Shown here: piece after piece, positions 1 to 12,114 of the stretch
Layout of the letters: every line of letters begins with the position of its first letter
Numbering within the stretch: position 1 is the first letter of the stretch
NCBI RefSeq assembly: GCF_044704955.1
Contig: NC_092002.1
Span: 11,780,001 to 11,844,000, forward strand
Reading direction: 5' to 3'
DNA length: 64,000 nucleotides
From: Pristiophorus japonicus
Lineage: Eukaryota
Position numbers and translations under genes: made by a program
The notes under the pieces: generated by a model
Database searches by the model: none
The model's input: the letters and a program-made list of their open reading frames with translations, nothing else
Told to the model about the DNA's origin: nothing

Positions 1-1003
1 CACACAGACACCGGTCAGTCCCACAGATACCGGTCAGTCCCACAGACACCGGTCAGATTCACACGGGCACTGGTCAGTATCACACAGACACCGGTCAGTT
101 TCACACAGACACCGGTCAGTCCCAAAGACACCGGTCAGTTTCACACAGACACCGGTCAGTCCCACAGATACCGGTCAGTCCCACAGACACCGGTCAGATT
201 CACACGGGCACTGGTCAGTATCACACAGACACCGGTCAGTTTCACACAGACACCGGTCAGTCCCAAAGACACCGGTCAGTTTCACACAGACAGCGGTCAG
301 TCTCACAGACACCGGTCAGTTTCACACGGACACAGGTCAGTATCACACAGACACCGGTCAGTTTCACACAGACACCGGTCAGTCCCAAAGAGACCGGTCA
401 GTTTCACACAGACACCGGTCAGTCCCACAGATACCGGTCAGTCCCACAGACACCGGTCAGATTCACACGGGCACTGGTCAGTATCACACAGACACCGGTC
501 AGTTTCACAGGGACACCGGTCAGTCCCAAAGACACCGGTCAGTTTCACACAGACACCGGTCAGTCCCACAGACACTGGTCAGTCCCATAGACACCGGTCA
601 GTTTCACAGAGACCGGTCAGTTTCACACAGACAGCGGTCCGTCTCACCGACACCGGTCAGTTTCACACAGACACCGGTCAGTCCCACAGACACCGTTCAG
701 TTTCACACGGACACCGGTCAGTTTCACACAGACATCGGTCAGTCCCACAGACACCGATCAGTTTCACACAGACACTTGTCAGTTTCACACAGACACTGGT
801 CAGTCTCACACAGACACCGGTCAATTTCACACAGACACCGGTCAGTCCCACAGACACGGTCAGTTTCACACAGACACCGGTCAGGTGCACACAGACACCG
901 GTCAGTTTCACACAGACACCGGTGAGGTACACACAGACACCAGTCAGTCTTACACAGACACCGACCGGTCAGGAACACACAGACACCGACCGGTCAGGAA
1001 CAC
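1..1003. repeat. Minisatellite, 19/21-bp units (CCGGTCAGTTTCACACAGACA and variants), within a MIA intron
   Basis: Direct tandem repeat from the window start; it explains the low-complexity ORFs at 678-978. Confidence 0.95.
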
Positions 1004-1159
1004 ACAGCCCAAACGCAGACACCAGACTGACCCTCGGCCCAAACACTGTCACTGGGCACCACTAGTGCCCGGGTCGATGCCAGAGACAAATGGTCCCATG
1101 AGGCAGCAGTCACCGAGCACCGAAACACAAACTGTGTGGAGACTCTGTCTCAGGCTCAC

Positions 1160-1293
1160 CGTCCCTTGCCAGAAATTGCGTCCCCTCCCTTTGAGTTTTC
1201 CATACACATAAACGATCTGTCCTTGACGGATGTTGATGAACCTGCAGTCTGGACGTGTGTAATCTGCCAGCGCTCGAGCCATTGAAATGGGAT
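1160..1293 (-). CDS. MIA: MIA (melanoma inhibitory activity / CD-RAP) coding exon 2, SH3-like domain; later exons lie before the window
   Basis: Acceptor ttccag|, 134 nt encoding (H)PISMARALADYTRPDCRFINIRQGQIVYVYGKLKGRGRNFWQGT, donor |gtgag; position downstream of SNRPA matches human order. Confidence 0.9.
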
Positions 1294-1544
1294 CTGGAAG
1301 AAAAACAGAAGGCAGGATGTTTAAACAGAGTGCGCAGTGTCCCAGGCCAGGCACAGCTGGCTCTGAGTGAGGCCCAGAATAAGCCAGCCATTATTGAGCA
1401 GTGCTCTGAGTGCAGGAAAATGTCAGACAGGGTCCCTGCTCCTGATCTCCATCCAGCGCACATATTTGAATGTTGGGGGAGGGCAAGATGTGTCTTGGCT
1501 GTGACAATCCTTGAAGAGAATACGCCTGCCAAGACTAATACAAA

Positions 1545-2190
1545 AGCAAAATACTGCGGATGCTGGAAATCTCAAAGAAAAACAGAAAATGCTTGGAAGT
1601 ACTCAGCGGGTCGGGCAGCATCTGTGGAGAGAGAAACCGAGTTAACGTTTCAGGTCGATGACCTTTCGTCAGGACTGGAAAAAGGTGGAGATGTAACAGG
1701 TTTTAAGCAAGTGCAGGGGGCGGGGAAAGTGGGGGAGGGGAGGGAAGAACAAAAGGGAAGGCCTGTGATAGGGTGGAAAGCAGGAGAGATTAAATGGCAA
1801 AAGGAAGGATGGTGCAAGACAGAAGGAGATGGTAATGGGCTAAGTAAAGTAACAGAAGATGGGTCTAGGGGAGGTGGAAAGATCGTCAACAGCTGCCATG
1901 TGAGAAATGGGGGCAGGGGTTAAGGTCTGAAATTGTTGAACTCGATGTTGAGCCCAGAAGGCTGTAAAATGCCTGAACGAAAGATGAGCTGCTGTCCCTC
2001 GAGCTTGCGTTGAGCTTCGTTGGAACAGTGCAGGAGGCCGAGGACGGAGAGGTCAGAGTGCGAGTGGGACGGAGAATTAAAGTGACAGGCGACCGGAAGC
2101 TCAGGGTCACCGTTACGGACTGAACGGAGGTGTTCCGCAAAGCGGTCACCCCAATCTGCGTTTGGTCGCCCCAGTGTAGAGGGGACCACA
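1545..2190 (-). mobile_element. Penelope-like retroelement 3' fragment (GIY-YIG endonuclease end plus 3' region)
   Basis: Translation GDRFAEHLRSV...PVACHFNSPSHSHSDLSVLGL...LQPSGLNIEFNNF; same terminal sequence recurs near 10000-10230 and 58960-60070. Confidence 0.75.
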
Positions 2191-2472
2191 TCGTGAGCAG
2201 CGAATACAGTGTACTGAATCGCTGTATAAGTACAAGTAAAATGGGGAAAGGGCGGGGGCATGGAGGTGGGGGCGGGGCGTACCAGCTGAGAGCCGGCACA
2301 GGCTCGATGGGCCAAATGGCCTCCTTCTGTGCTGCAACCGTGCTATGATTCCATTCTATAAAAGCTGCCAATGCTCTGTGTCTCGGCCCACATGTCAAGA
2401 ATGGTGAGGTAACTAAGGCCAGCCGTGGAACTGTTTCGTCCGCACAGAGACACAAGCCAGTGATGGACTGAC

Positions 2473-2990
2473 ATCATAGAATCACAGAAATTTACAGCGT
2501 GGAAGGAGGCCATTTCAACCCATCGTGTCCGTGCCGGCTGACCAAGAGCTACCCAGCCTAATCCCACTTTCCAGCTCTCGGTCCGTAGCCCTGTAGGTTA
2601 CGGCACTTCAAGTGCACATCCAAGTACTTTTAAAAGGTGGTGAGGGTTCCTGCCTCTACCACTCTTTCAGGCAGCGAGTTCCAGACCCCCACCACCCTCT
2701 GGGTGAAGAAATTTCCCCTCAAATCCCCTCTAAACCTCCACCCAATTACTTTAAATCTATGCCCCCTGGTTGTTGACCCCTCTGCTAAGGGAAACAGGTC
2801 CTTCCTATCCACTCTATCTAGGCCCCTCATAATTTTATACAGCTCAATAAGGTCTCCCCTCAGCCTCCTCTGTTCCAAAGAAAACAAACCCCAGCCTATC
2901 CAAACTTTCCTCAGAGCTATAATTCTCCAGTCCAGGCAACATCCTCGTAAATCTCCTCTATACCCTCTCTAGTGGGATCACATCTTTCCA
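2473..2990 (-). mobile_element. CR1-clade LINE 3' fragment
   Basis: FSLEQRRLRGDLIELYKIMRG...FFTQRVVGVWNSLP, the C-terminus of CR1 ORF2. Confidence 0.85.
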
Positions 2991-3053
2991 GAATGTCCAG
3001 CAAAGTTGCCCGCTTCCTACAGCAATGCACGGACCACAAAATAGACGAGGATT

Positions 3054-5855
3054 AGAAACATAGAAACATAGAAAATAGGTGCAGGAGTGGGCCATTCGGC
3101 CCTTCTAGCCTGCACCGCCATTCAATGAGTTCATGGCTGAACATGCAACTTCAGTACCCCATTCCTGCTTTCTCACCATACCCCTTGATCCCCCTAGTAG
3201 TAAGGACTTCATCGAACTCCTTTTTGAATATATTTAGTGAATTGGCCTCAACAACTTTCTGTGGTAGAGAATTCCACAGGTTCACCACTCTCTGGGTGAA
3301 GAAGTTCCTCCTCATCTCGGTCCTAAATGGCTTACCCCTTATCCTTAGACTGTGTCCCCTGGTTCTGGACTTCCCCAACATTGGGAACATTCTTCCTGCA
3401 TCTAACCTGTCTAACCCCGTCAGAATTTTAAACGTTTCTGTGAGGTCCCCTCTCATTCTTCTGAACTCCAGTGAATACAAGCCCAGTTGATCCAGTCTTT
3501 CTTGATAGGTCAGTCCCGCCATCCCGGGAATCAGTCTGGTGAACCTTCGCTGCACTCCCTCAATAGCAAGAATGTCCTTCCTCAGGTTAGGAGACCAAAA
3601 CTGTACACAATACACAATGCCCTGTACAACTGTAGCAACACCTCCCTGCCCCTGTACTCAAATCCCTTCGCTATGAAGGCCAACATGCCATTTGCTTTCT
3701 TAACCGCCTGCTGCACCTGCATGCCAACATTCAATGACTGATGTATTATGACACCCAGGTCTCTTTGCACCTCCCCTTTTCCTAATCTGTCACCATTCAG
3801 ATAATAGTCTGTCTCTCTGTTTTTACCACCAAAGTGGATAACCTCACATTTATCCACATTATACTTCATCTGCCATGCATTTGCCCACTCACCTAACCTA
3901 TCCAAGTCGCTCTGCAGCCTCATAGCATCCTTCTCGCAGCTCACACTGCCACCCAACTTAGTGTCATCCGCAAATTTGGAGATACTACATTTAATCCCCT
4001 CGTCTAAATCATTAATGTACAGTGTAAACAGCTGGGGCCCCAGCACAGAACCTTGCGGTACCCCACTAGTCACTGCCTGCCATTCTGAAAAGTCCCCATT
4101 TACTCCTACTCTTTGCTTCCTGTCTGACAACCAGTTCTCAATCCATGTCAGCACACTACCCCCAATCCCATGTGCTTTAACTTTGCACATTAATCTCTTG
4201 TGTGGGACCTTGTCGAACGCCTTCTGAAAGTCCAAATACATCAACTGGTTCTCCCTTGTCCACTCTACTGGAAACATCCTCAAAGAATTGCAGAAAATTT
4301 GTCAAGCATGATTTCCCTTTCACAAATCCATGCTGACTTGGACCTATCATGTCACCTCTTTCCAAATGCACTGCTATGACATCCTTAATAATTGATTCCA
4401 TCATTTTACCCACTACCGATGTCAGGCTGACCGGTCTGTAATTCCCTGTTATCTCTCTCCCTCCTTTTTTAAAAAGTGGGGTTACATTGGCTACCCTCCA
4501 CTCGATAGGAACTGATCCAGAGTCAATGGAATGTTGGAAAATGACTGTCAATGCATCCACAATTTCCAAGGACACCTCCTTAAGTACTCTGGGATGCAGT
4601 CCATCAGGCCCTGGGGATTTATCGGCCTTCAATCCCATCAATTTCCCCAACACAATTTCCCGACTAATAAGGATTTCCCTCCTCCTTACTAGACCCTCCG
4701 ACCCCTTTTATATCCGGAAGGTTGTTTGTGTCCTCCTTAGTGAATACCGAACCAAAGTACTTGTTCAATTGGTCCGCCATTTCTTTGTTCCCCGTTATGA
4801 CTTCCCCTGATTCTGACTGCAGGGGACCTGCGTTTGTCTTTACTAACCTTTTTCTCTTTACATATCTATAGAAACTTTTGCAATCCGTCTTAATGTTCCC
4901 TGCAAGCTTCTTCTCGTACTCCATTTTCCCTGCCCTAATCAAACCCTTTGTCCTCCTCTGCTGAGTTCTAAATTTCTCCCAGTCCCTGGGTTCGCTGCTA
5001 TTTCTGGCCAATTTGTATGCCACTTCCTTGGCTTTAATACTATCCCTGATTTCCCTTGATAGCCACGGTTGAGCCACCTTCCCTTTTTTATTTTTACGCC
5101 AGACAGGAATGTACAATTGTTGTAGTTCATCCATGCGGTCTCTAAATGTCTGTCATTGCCCATCCACAGTCAACCTCTTAAGTATCATTCGCCAATCTAT
5201 CCTAGCCAATTCACGCCTCATACCTTCAAAGTTAGCCTTCTTTAAGTTCTGGACCATGGTCTCTGAATTAACCGTTTCATTCTCCATCCTAATGCAGAAT
5301 TCCATCATATTATGGTCACTCTTCCCCAAGGGGTCTCGCACAACGAGATTGCTAATTAATCCTCTCTCATTACACAACACCCAGTCTAAGATGGCCTCCC
5401 GCCTAGTTGGTTCCTCGACATATTGGTCTAAAAAACCATCCCTTATGCACTCCAGGAAATCCTCCTCCACCGTATTGCTTCCAGTTTGGTTAGCCCAATC
5501 TATGTGCATATTAAAGTCACCCATTATAACTGCTGCACCTTTATTGCATGCACCCCTAATTTCCTGTTTGATGCCCTCCCCAACATCACTACTACTGTTT
5601 GTAGGTCTGTACACAACACCCACTAACGTTTTTTGCCCTTTGGTGTTCTGCAGCTCTACCCATACAGATTCCACATCATCCAAGCTAATGTCCTTCCTAA
5701 CTATTGCCTTAATCTCCTCCTTAACCAGCAATGCTACCCCACCTCCTTTTCCTTTTATTCTATCCTTTCTGAATGTTGAATACCCCTGGATGTTGAGTTC
5801 CCAGCTCTGATCATCCTGGAGCCACGTCTCCGTAATCCCAATCACATCATATTTG
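3054..5855 (-). mobile_element. CR1 LINE, 5'-truncated, frameshifted ORF2 (APE endonuclease + RT)
   Basis: Motifs [49 protein letters not shown]; (TTTCTATG)n tail at 3054. Confidence 0.95.
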
Positions 5856-5934
5856 TCAAAGTGAAATTAGCTGCTGTGTTTTGTAATTCGGTTAGTTTCT
5901 CCCACCAGTGGAAATGACCTCTCTGGATTGACTC

Positions 5935-6295
5935 GATCAAACATGAGGAGTTTTGATAGAGTAAATAAGGAGAAATTATTTGCACAGGCAGCAGGGTCGG
6001 TAAGCAGAGGACACAGATTTAAGATAATTGGCAGAAGTACCAGAGGGGGAAAATGAGACATTTATTTTTACGCAGTGAGTTGTTGTGATCGGGAATGCGA
6101 TCCGGAGGGCGGTGGGAGCAGATTCAATAGTAACTTTCAAAAGGGAAGTGGATACATACTTGAATGGGAAACGTTTGCAGGGCTATGGGGAGAAAGCAGG
6201 GGGAGGGGGTCGGGCACTGGGACTAACTGGACAGCTCTTTCAAAGGGCCGGCACAGACTCGATGAGCCGAATGGCCTCCTTCTGTGCTGTATGGT
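5935..6295 (+). mobile_element. Degraded CR1 3' fragment
   Basis: Similar to CR1 3' end; terminal GGCCTCCTTCTGTGCTGTA. Confidence 0.65.
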
Positions 6296-6454
6296 GAAAA
6301 ATGGATTTTCCCTTGTTGCATTTGTAAGTTCTTCGGTTAAACCGAGGAAGGCTCGATAAGGCTGCTACCTCCCGAGGTGCAGCATTGCATTCCAACCGAC
6401 TCCTGCAGTTCTGCGAACACCGTTCAGCCCAGCTGCTTTTTAGGAATTACTCAC

Positions 6455-6590
6455 GGCTGCATTCTTCGTCGGCACAGAGCTTCCTGTCCGCCAGCTTATG
6501 CATCACCTCGCCCCTCGCGGACAAGACACCCCCGGGGCCGAAAACCACCAGGCACCAGACCGCGACAGTCAGAGACATCCCAGTCTGCAT
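6455..6590 (-). CDS. MIA: MIA coding exon 1 (signal peptide and start of mature domain)
   Basis: MQTGMSLTVAVWCLVVFGPGGVLSARGEVMHKLADRKLCADEECS then C|gtgag, phase matches exon 1160-1293; an in-frame ATG at 6611 makes the start uncertain; not in the ORF track. Confidence 0.88.
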
Positions 6591-7056
6591 TTTGTCCCTT
6601 CCAGCAAACATTCTGAAGCCTCAGCAAACTGGGGGAGAGAGGAGGCAGCCTGGAGTGAAATACTGTTGCTGTGGAATCCCGGGAGCCCCTGCCAATGTTT
6701 GCTGAGCTGAATGGATTGGGTTTTGCAGCCGAAAAACTTTGTGGAATGTCCTTCCCGACGGGAACTGGCTCGGTGCAAGAAAAATCACAAGAACAATTCG
6801 CTTTTTATGAACTCTAAGCATGGTAGTTAGGTGTGTTTATATCTTCTATACACGGAATCTAAATATTTCTCTAAATCTGAGGTTTTGAGTTGGATTTCAA
6901 AAGCTTGAAGTATTGAAGGTTTGTTTTTAAAAGGTTTCTTAGGATGTATTAGAATGAACCACACCGACAGCAACCCTCACACCTGGCCTTCCCATAAACA
7001 CATCACCTCTCGCTCACACTCTTTGTCAAACTTGGTACTGTGTTGGGAATGGCCAC

Positions 7057-7439
7057 ACACTCCCAGGGCAGGTACAGCACGGGTTAGATACAGAGTAAAG
7101 CTTCCTCTACACGGTCCCATCAAACACTCCCAGGGCAGGTACAGCACAGGTTAGATACAGAGTAAAGCTCCCTCTACACAGTCCCATCAAACACTCCCAG
7201 GGCAGGTACAGCACGGGGTTAGATATAGAGTAAAGCTCCCTCTACACTGTCCCATCAAACACTCCCAGGGCAGGTACAGCACGGGGTTAGATACAGAGTA
7301 AAACTCCCTCTACGCTATCCCATCAAACACTCCCAGGGCAGATACAGCACGGGGTTAGATACAGAGTAAAGCTCCCTCTACACTGTCCCATCAAATACTC
7401 CCAGGGCAGGTACAGCATGGGTTAGATACAGAGTAAAGC
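7057..7439. repeat. Tandem repeat, 67-68 bp unit, about 5.5 copies
   Basis: ACTCCCAGGGCAGGTACAGCACGGGGTTAGATACAGAGTAAAGCTCCCTCTACACTGTCCCATCAAAC recurs at 7193, 7261, 7329. Confidence 0.95.
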
Positions 7440-9720
7440 CATGCCCTCTGCCTCCATGCATAAGTCTCCTTTTTGGTCCCTAATCGTCCCACCCCTCCTT
7501 TTACTACCCGTTACTATTTATATGCCTATAGAAGACTTTCAGATTAACTTTTTATGTTGACTGCCATTCTATTCTCATACCGTCTCTTTGCCCCTCTTAT
7601 TTGCTTCTTCACTTCTCCTCTGACCTTCCTATATATAGCTTGATTCTCAGGTGTATTTGCAACCTTACCTCTGTCATACCCGCTCTTTTTCTGCTTCATC
7701 ATATTCACTATCTGTTTCATCATCCAGGGAGCCCTGACTTGATTTGCCCTACCTTTCGCCTTCATGGGAATGTACCTCAACTGTACCTGAACTATTTCCT
7801 CTTTAAAGGCAGCCCATTGTTCCATTATAGTTTTGCCTGACAATCGTCGATTCCAGTTTACCCGGGCCTGATCCCATTCTCATCCCACTGAAATTGGCCT
7901 TCCCCCAGATAAACATTTTTACCTTAGATTGCTCCCTGACCTTTTCCGTAGCTAATCTAAACCTTACGATGCCATGATCACTGTTCCCTAAATGTTCCCC
8001 TACTGACACTTGCTCCCCTTTGACCCACCTCATTCCCCAGAACCAGATCCAGCAATGCCTCCGCCCTCGTCGGGCCGGAACCATACTGATCAAGAAAGTT
8101 CTTCTGAACGTACTTCAGAAATTCTTCCCCCTTCTCTGCCCTTTACACTGTTACGATCCCAATCGTTATTAGGATAGTTGAAGTCCTCCATTATCGTTAC
8201 TCTATAGTTCTTGCACCTCTCTGTAATTTCTCTGCAAATTTGCTCCTCTATATCTTTCCCACTATTTAGTGGTCTATAGAATACACCTAGTCGTGTAATG
8301 TCACCTCTATTATTTCTTAACTCTAGCCATATAAATTCTGTCCTTGATCCCTCCAGGACAGCGTCCTCTCCAGCACTGTTACATTCTCCTTAACCAATAC
8401 TGCCACACCACCTCCTAACTTTCCTCTGCACCTTACAACCAGGAATATTTAATACCCAATCCTGCCCTTTGTTGAGCCAGGTCTCAGTTATTGCCACAGC
8501 ATCATATTCCCATGTGGCTATTTGTGCCTGCAGCTCACTTACCTTGTTTACTACGTTTTGTGCATTCACATACACGCACTGTAAACCCATCTTGTATTCT
8601 CTCTTAGTTTGACCCCACCTTACTATTTCTTACTTTAGAGCTCTCTGCCTCTCCCAATCCTTTGAGCATTTCATTTCCCCTTTCTAATGTTAAATCCTGG
8701 TGCCCATCCACCTGCCAAATTCGTTTAAACTCTCCCCAACAGCACTAGCAAAACCTCCCCGCGAGGATATTGGTTCCGGCCATGTTGAAGTGCAACTCGC
8801 CTGTCGAGGTCCAACCTCCCCCAGAACAGGTCCCAAAACCTGAGTAATCTGAAGCCCTCCCACCTGCACCATCTCTCCAGCCACGCATTCATCTGCTCTA
8901 TCCTCCTATTTCTGTACTCAGTTGTGCGTGGCACCGGGAGTAATCTGGAGATGACTACATTTGAGGTCCTGCTTTTTAATCTCTTTCCTAGCTCCTTAAA
9001 ATCTGCCTGTAGGGAGTTAGGAAAAAGATTAAAAAGCAGGACCTCATCCCTCTTTCTACCTGTCATTGGTACTGATATGGACCACAACCTCTCTGGCTGT
9101 TCACCCTCTCCCCCTCAGAATGCCCTGCAGCTGCTCAAAGATATCCTTGACCCTGGCACCAGGAAGGCAACATACCATCCTGGAGTCACGTCTGCGGCCA
9201 CAAAAGCGCCCATCTATTCCCCTAACTATTGAATCCCCTACCACTATTGCTCTCCCACTCTTCTTCCTCCTCTTCCCCCCCCACCCGTGGTGCCATGGAC
9301 TTCGCTCTGGCTGTACTCCCCACAGGAACCAATCGTCCCCACCAGTACTGAGAGCAGAATACTGGTTGGAGAGCGCCATGCACTCAGGGGACTCCTGCAC
9401 AATCTGCCTGGTCCTCCTTTTCTGTCTGATGGTGACCCATTCCCTCTCGGCCTGCACATCCCTTATCTGCGGAGTGACCACCTCCTGAAACGTGCTATCC
9501 ACGAAGCTCCCAGCCTCCCAGATGCACCGCGGTGACACCAGCTGTCACTCAAGCTCCAAAACCCCGGAGTTTGAGCTCCTCCAGCTGATGGCACTTCCTG
9601 CACACATATAGTTGTCCAGGACACGGGAAGCATCATGGATTTCCCACATGGCACAGGATGTGCATTTCGTGGGACTGAGCTGTCCTGCTATGCTTCTATT
9701 TAATAGGCTAATAACTAACT
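7440..9720 (-). mobile_element. Older CR1 LINE: ORF1 (Cys-rich N-terminus, SGNH esterase) and ORF2 endonuclease region, degraded
   Basis: RAIVVGDSIVRG...VCCLPGA (esterase), YDAVAITETWL and HLGNSDH (APE) with frameshifts. Confidence 0.85.
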
Positions 9721-9929
9721 TACAGAAAGAAACTTAAGTCGAAGAGTCTTAGAAGTCAGATCTACCTTTATCTCCGGCTTCTTCTCTCGCTCTTAGTCAG
9801 TCTTTATTCACACTATTATCTATAGTTGTGTTAGTTTATCTAGTTACGTTAGAGAGAATAACACACTAACACACCCACCAATCATCTACCTGGAGTCCTG
9901 TGACATCAGTCTTTGCTTTTGCTGTTCCT

Positions 9930-10240
9930 TTGGAATTCAGCACCCCCACGCTCTTGTGCTGCCACCAATTCCTTTCAGGTCCTGTCCCATTACCATCTTC
10001 TTTTCGTTGCACCATCATCCCTTTTATCTTTTAATCTTTCCTGCCTTGAACTCTTATCACAGACCTGGCCTTTTGTTCTTTCATTCCTTTCCCTGCCTCG
10101 GCACTTGCTTAAAACCCGTTACATCTCTTAACATTTTCCAATTCTGATGAAATGTCATCAACCTGAAACATTAACTCTGTTTCTCTCTCCACAGATGCTG
10201 CCCGAATTACTGAGTATTTCCAGCATTGTGTGTCTTTATT
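9930..10240 (+). mobile_element. Penelope-like element terminal fragment
   Basis: Reverse-complement similarity to 1545-1900. Confidence 0.6.
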
Positions 10241-10554
10241 CCCTTATCTTGTGCTGCCTGGTGAATTTAGCACAAACCCCCCCCACTTTGCACAGGGCAA
10301 CACTCGAAACTCCCATTAAGGTTCAGAATTGATCTTGACACTGGGATGGAGAAAGGGAACAGGAACACCTTTGATTCAACTCTTTAAACAGGAGGTTCAC
10401 AGCTGTGAACACACGAGATCTTTGGTGCTTTTTGCTAATTGATCAGAAAATCTCTGAACCTGTTTCACTGCTCTCTGAGCACCCCTACACAAGCCCTCCC
10501 AGGGACTGCACGAACCGAGCCTGCAATAGGAATGAGCTCCTTGCACTATAAGGA

Positions 10555-10900
10555 ACAGTAGCATAGTGGTTGTTACTAGACTAGTAATCCAGGGCCTGGA
10601 CTAAATGATCCAGAGACACAAGTTCAAATCCCACCACTGCTATTAAATTCAGTTAATTAAATAAAGCTAGCATCAGTAATGGTGACCATGAAACTACTGG
10701 ATTATCATTAAAAACACATCTGGTTCACCAACGTCCATTAGGGAAGGAAATCTGCTGCCTGGCCTATAGGTGACTCCAGACCCACAACAATGTGGTTGTC
10801 CCTTAACTCCTCTCTGAAATGCCTAGCTAGCATTCAAGGCTCACCCTCTTTGAGGACAATTAGGGATGGCACTGTCTTGCCGGCAACGTCCACATCCCAT
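10555..10900 (+). mobile_element. tRNA-derived SINE with a LINE-shared 3' tail
   Basis: A-box-like TAGCATAGTGG, B-box-like GTTCAAATCCC; tail CAATTAGGGATGG...CCACATCCCATG resembles LINE ends at 57850-57910 and 43594-43660. Confidence 0.65.
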
Positions 10901-11499
10901 GGGTCAGTTTAAAAAAACGGGCTGATTAAATCAGCGGCAAACCAGGCCCAGTACACTGGGGTGGGAAAGGCTGGTGCTACTTTTCGGAGCGTACAGCCCA
11001 CTTGTACCCCTCCCCCTGCTGAACTTGCTGGTGCATCATTCCAGAGACTCCGTCCCATCACCGTGCAGGAACAGTGAGCAATGATAATCCCCATTAAGTA
11101 GTCCCTGCCCAACGCATCAGTCACCCTACAAAACTACTCCCAATAGGTTTATTCTACCGAGTCAGTGTGACTCTCTACTCCTACCTGAACATGTCTCGGT
11201 GTCAAGTACATGTACAGTACACAGGACTCCTGCCTGGTACTGTCACATTGTCAGCTCCTAGACTTGTACTGAGCACCGGGTAAAAGGGAACGATTCACTT
11301 CTGTCTGGTACTGTACAGCCAGTTCCTGTACATGTACAGTACACAGAACAATATACTCCTATCTGGTACTGTACAGCCCGTGTCTCATTGCCAGTTCCTG
11401 TACATGGACAGTGCACAGCAGGTAAAAGGGAATGACACACTCGTGACTGGTACTGTACAGCCCGTGTGTTTCACTGTGCCAGCTCCTGTATAGGCAGTG

Positions 11500-11850
11500 G
11501 CTCTTTTCCCTAGAAAAGAGACAACTGAGAGGTGATCTAATAGAGGTCTTTAATATTATGCAGAGGTTTGATAGGGTAGAGAGAGAGAAAATGTTTCCAC
11601 TTGTACAGAAGTCCTAATGTAGGGGCCATAATTATAAGATAGTCACTAATGAATCCAATAAAAAGAGTTCAGGAGAATCTTTACTTTAAGAGAGTGGAAC
11701 TTGCTACCACAGAGAGTGGGTGAGACGAATAGTATCGATGCGAGAAAGTACACGAGGGAGAAGGGAATAGAAGGATACGTTAATGGGGTTAGATGAAGGG
11801 TGGGGGGGACGCTTGTGTGGAGCATGAACACTGGCACAGACCTATTGGGT
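11500..11850 (+). mobile_element. Degraded CR1 3' fragment
   Basis: RRQLRGDLIEVF-like sequence and CR1 3'UTR similarity. Confidence 0.65.
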
Positions 11851-12038
11851 CTAATACATAAACAGGTCATTTGGCCCATCTCCCTGTTTAGGGTACAAGA
11901 CCCATCTCATTAACAGCAGCTTGAGATCCTGTGTTTCAAAGGCCAGACGGACCGGTCCAGCTCCGTAACCCTGTGAAGTACGAGAGCTCGGCGATAAATA
12001 AACACACACACACACACAGCGGGTTATAAAAAAAATTC

Positions 12039-12044
12039 TTTAAT
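12039..12044 (-). promoter_or_regulatory. SNRPA: SNRPA poly(A) signal ATTAAA
   Basis: ATTAAA 23 nt downstream of the PIE, followed by U-rich and (TG)n downstream elements. Confidence 0.8.
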
Positions 12045-12067
12045 TCTTCAGTTAGTTGAACAGGTTT

Positions 12068-12114
12068 GAAAGCTCCAGGTGCAATGTCGCGGAGACTCTG
12101 GGTGAAGAGCTTTC
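12068..12114 (-). promoter_or_regulatory. SNRPA: Polyadenylation inhibition element (PIE) of U1A mRNA
   Basis: GAAAGC-TCTTCAC-CCAG-A-GTC-TCCGC-GAC-ATTGCAC-CTGG-A-GCTTTC: PIE stem geometry with a perfect ATTGCAC box at 12079-12085. Confidence 0.85.

Noticed and set aside
1255-1923. 222-aa ORF on +
   Set aside because: Antisense to a MIA intron and a Penelope-like fragment; no recognisable domain
11200-11490. Degenerate GTACTGTACAG/GTACATGTAC repeats
   Set aside because: Short, decayed local duplication with no further structure I can support
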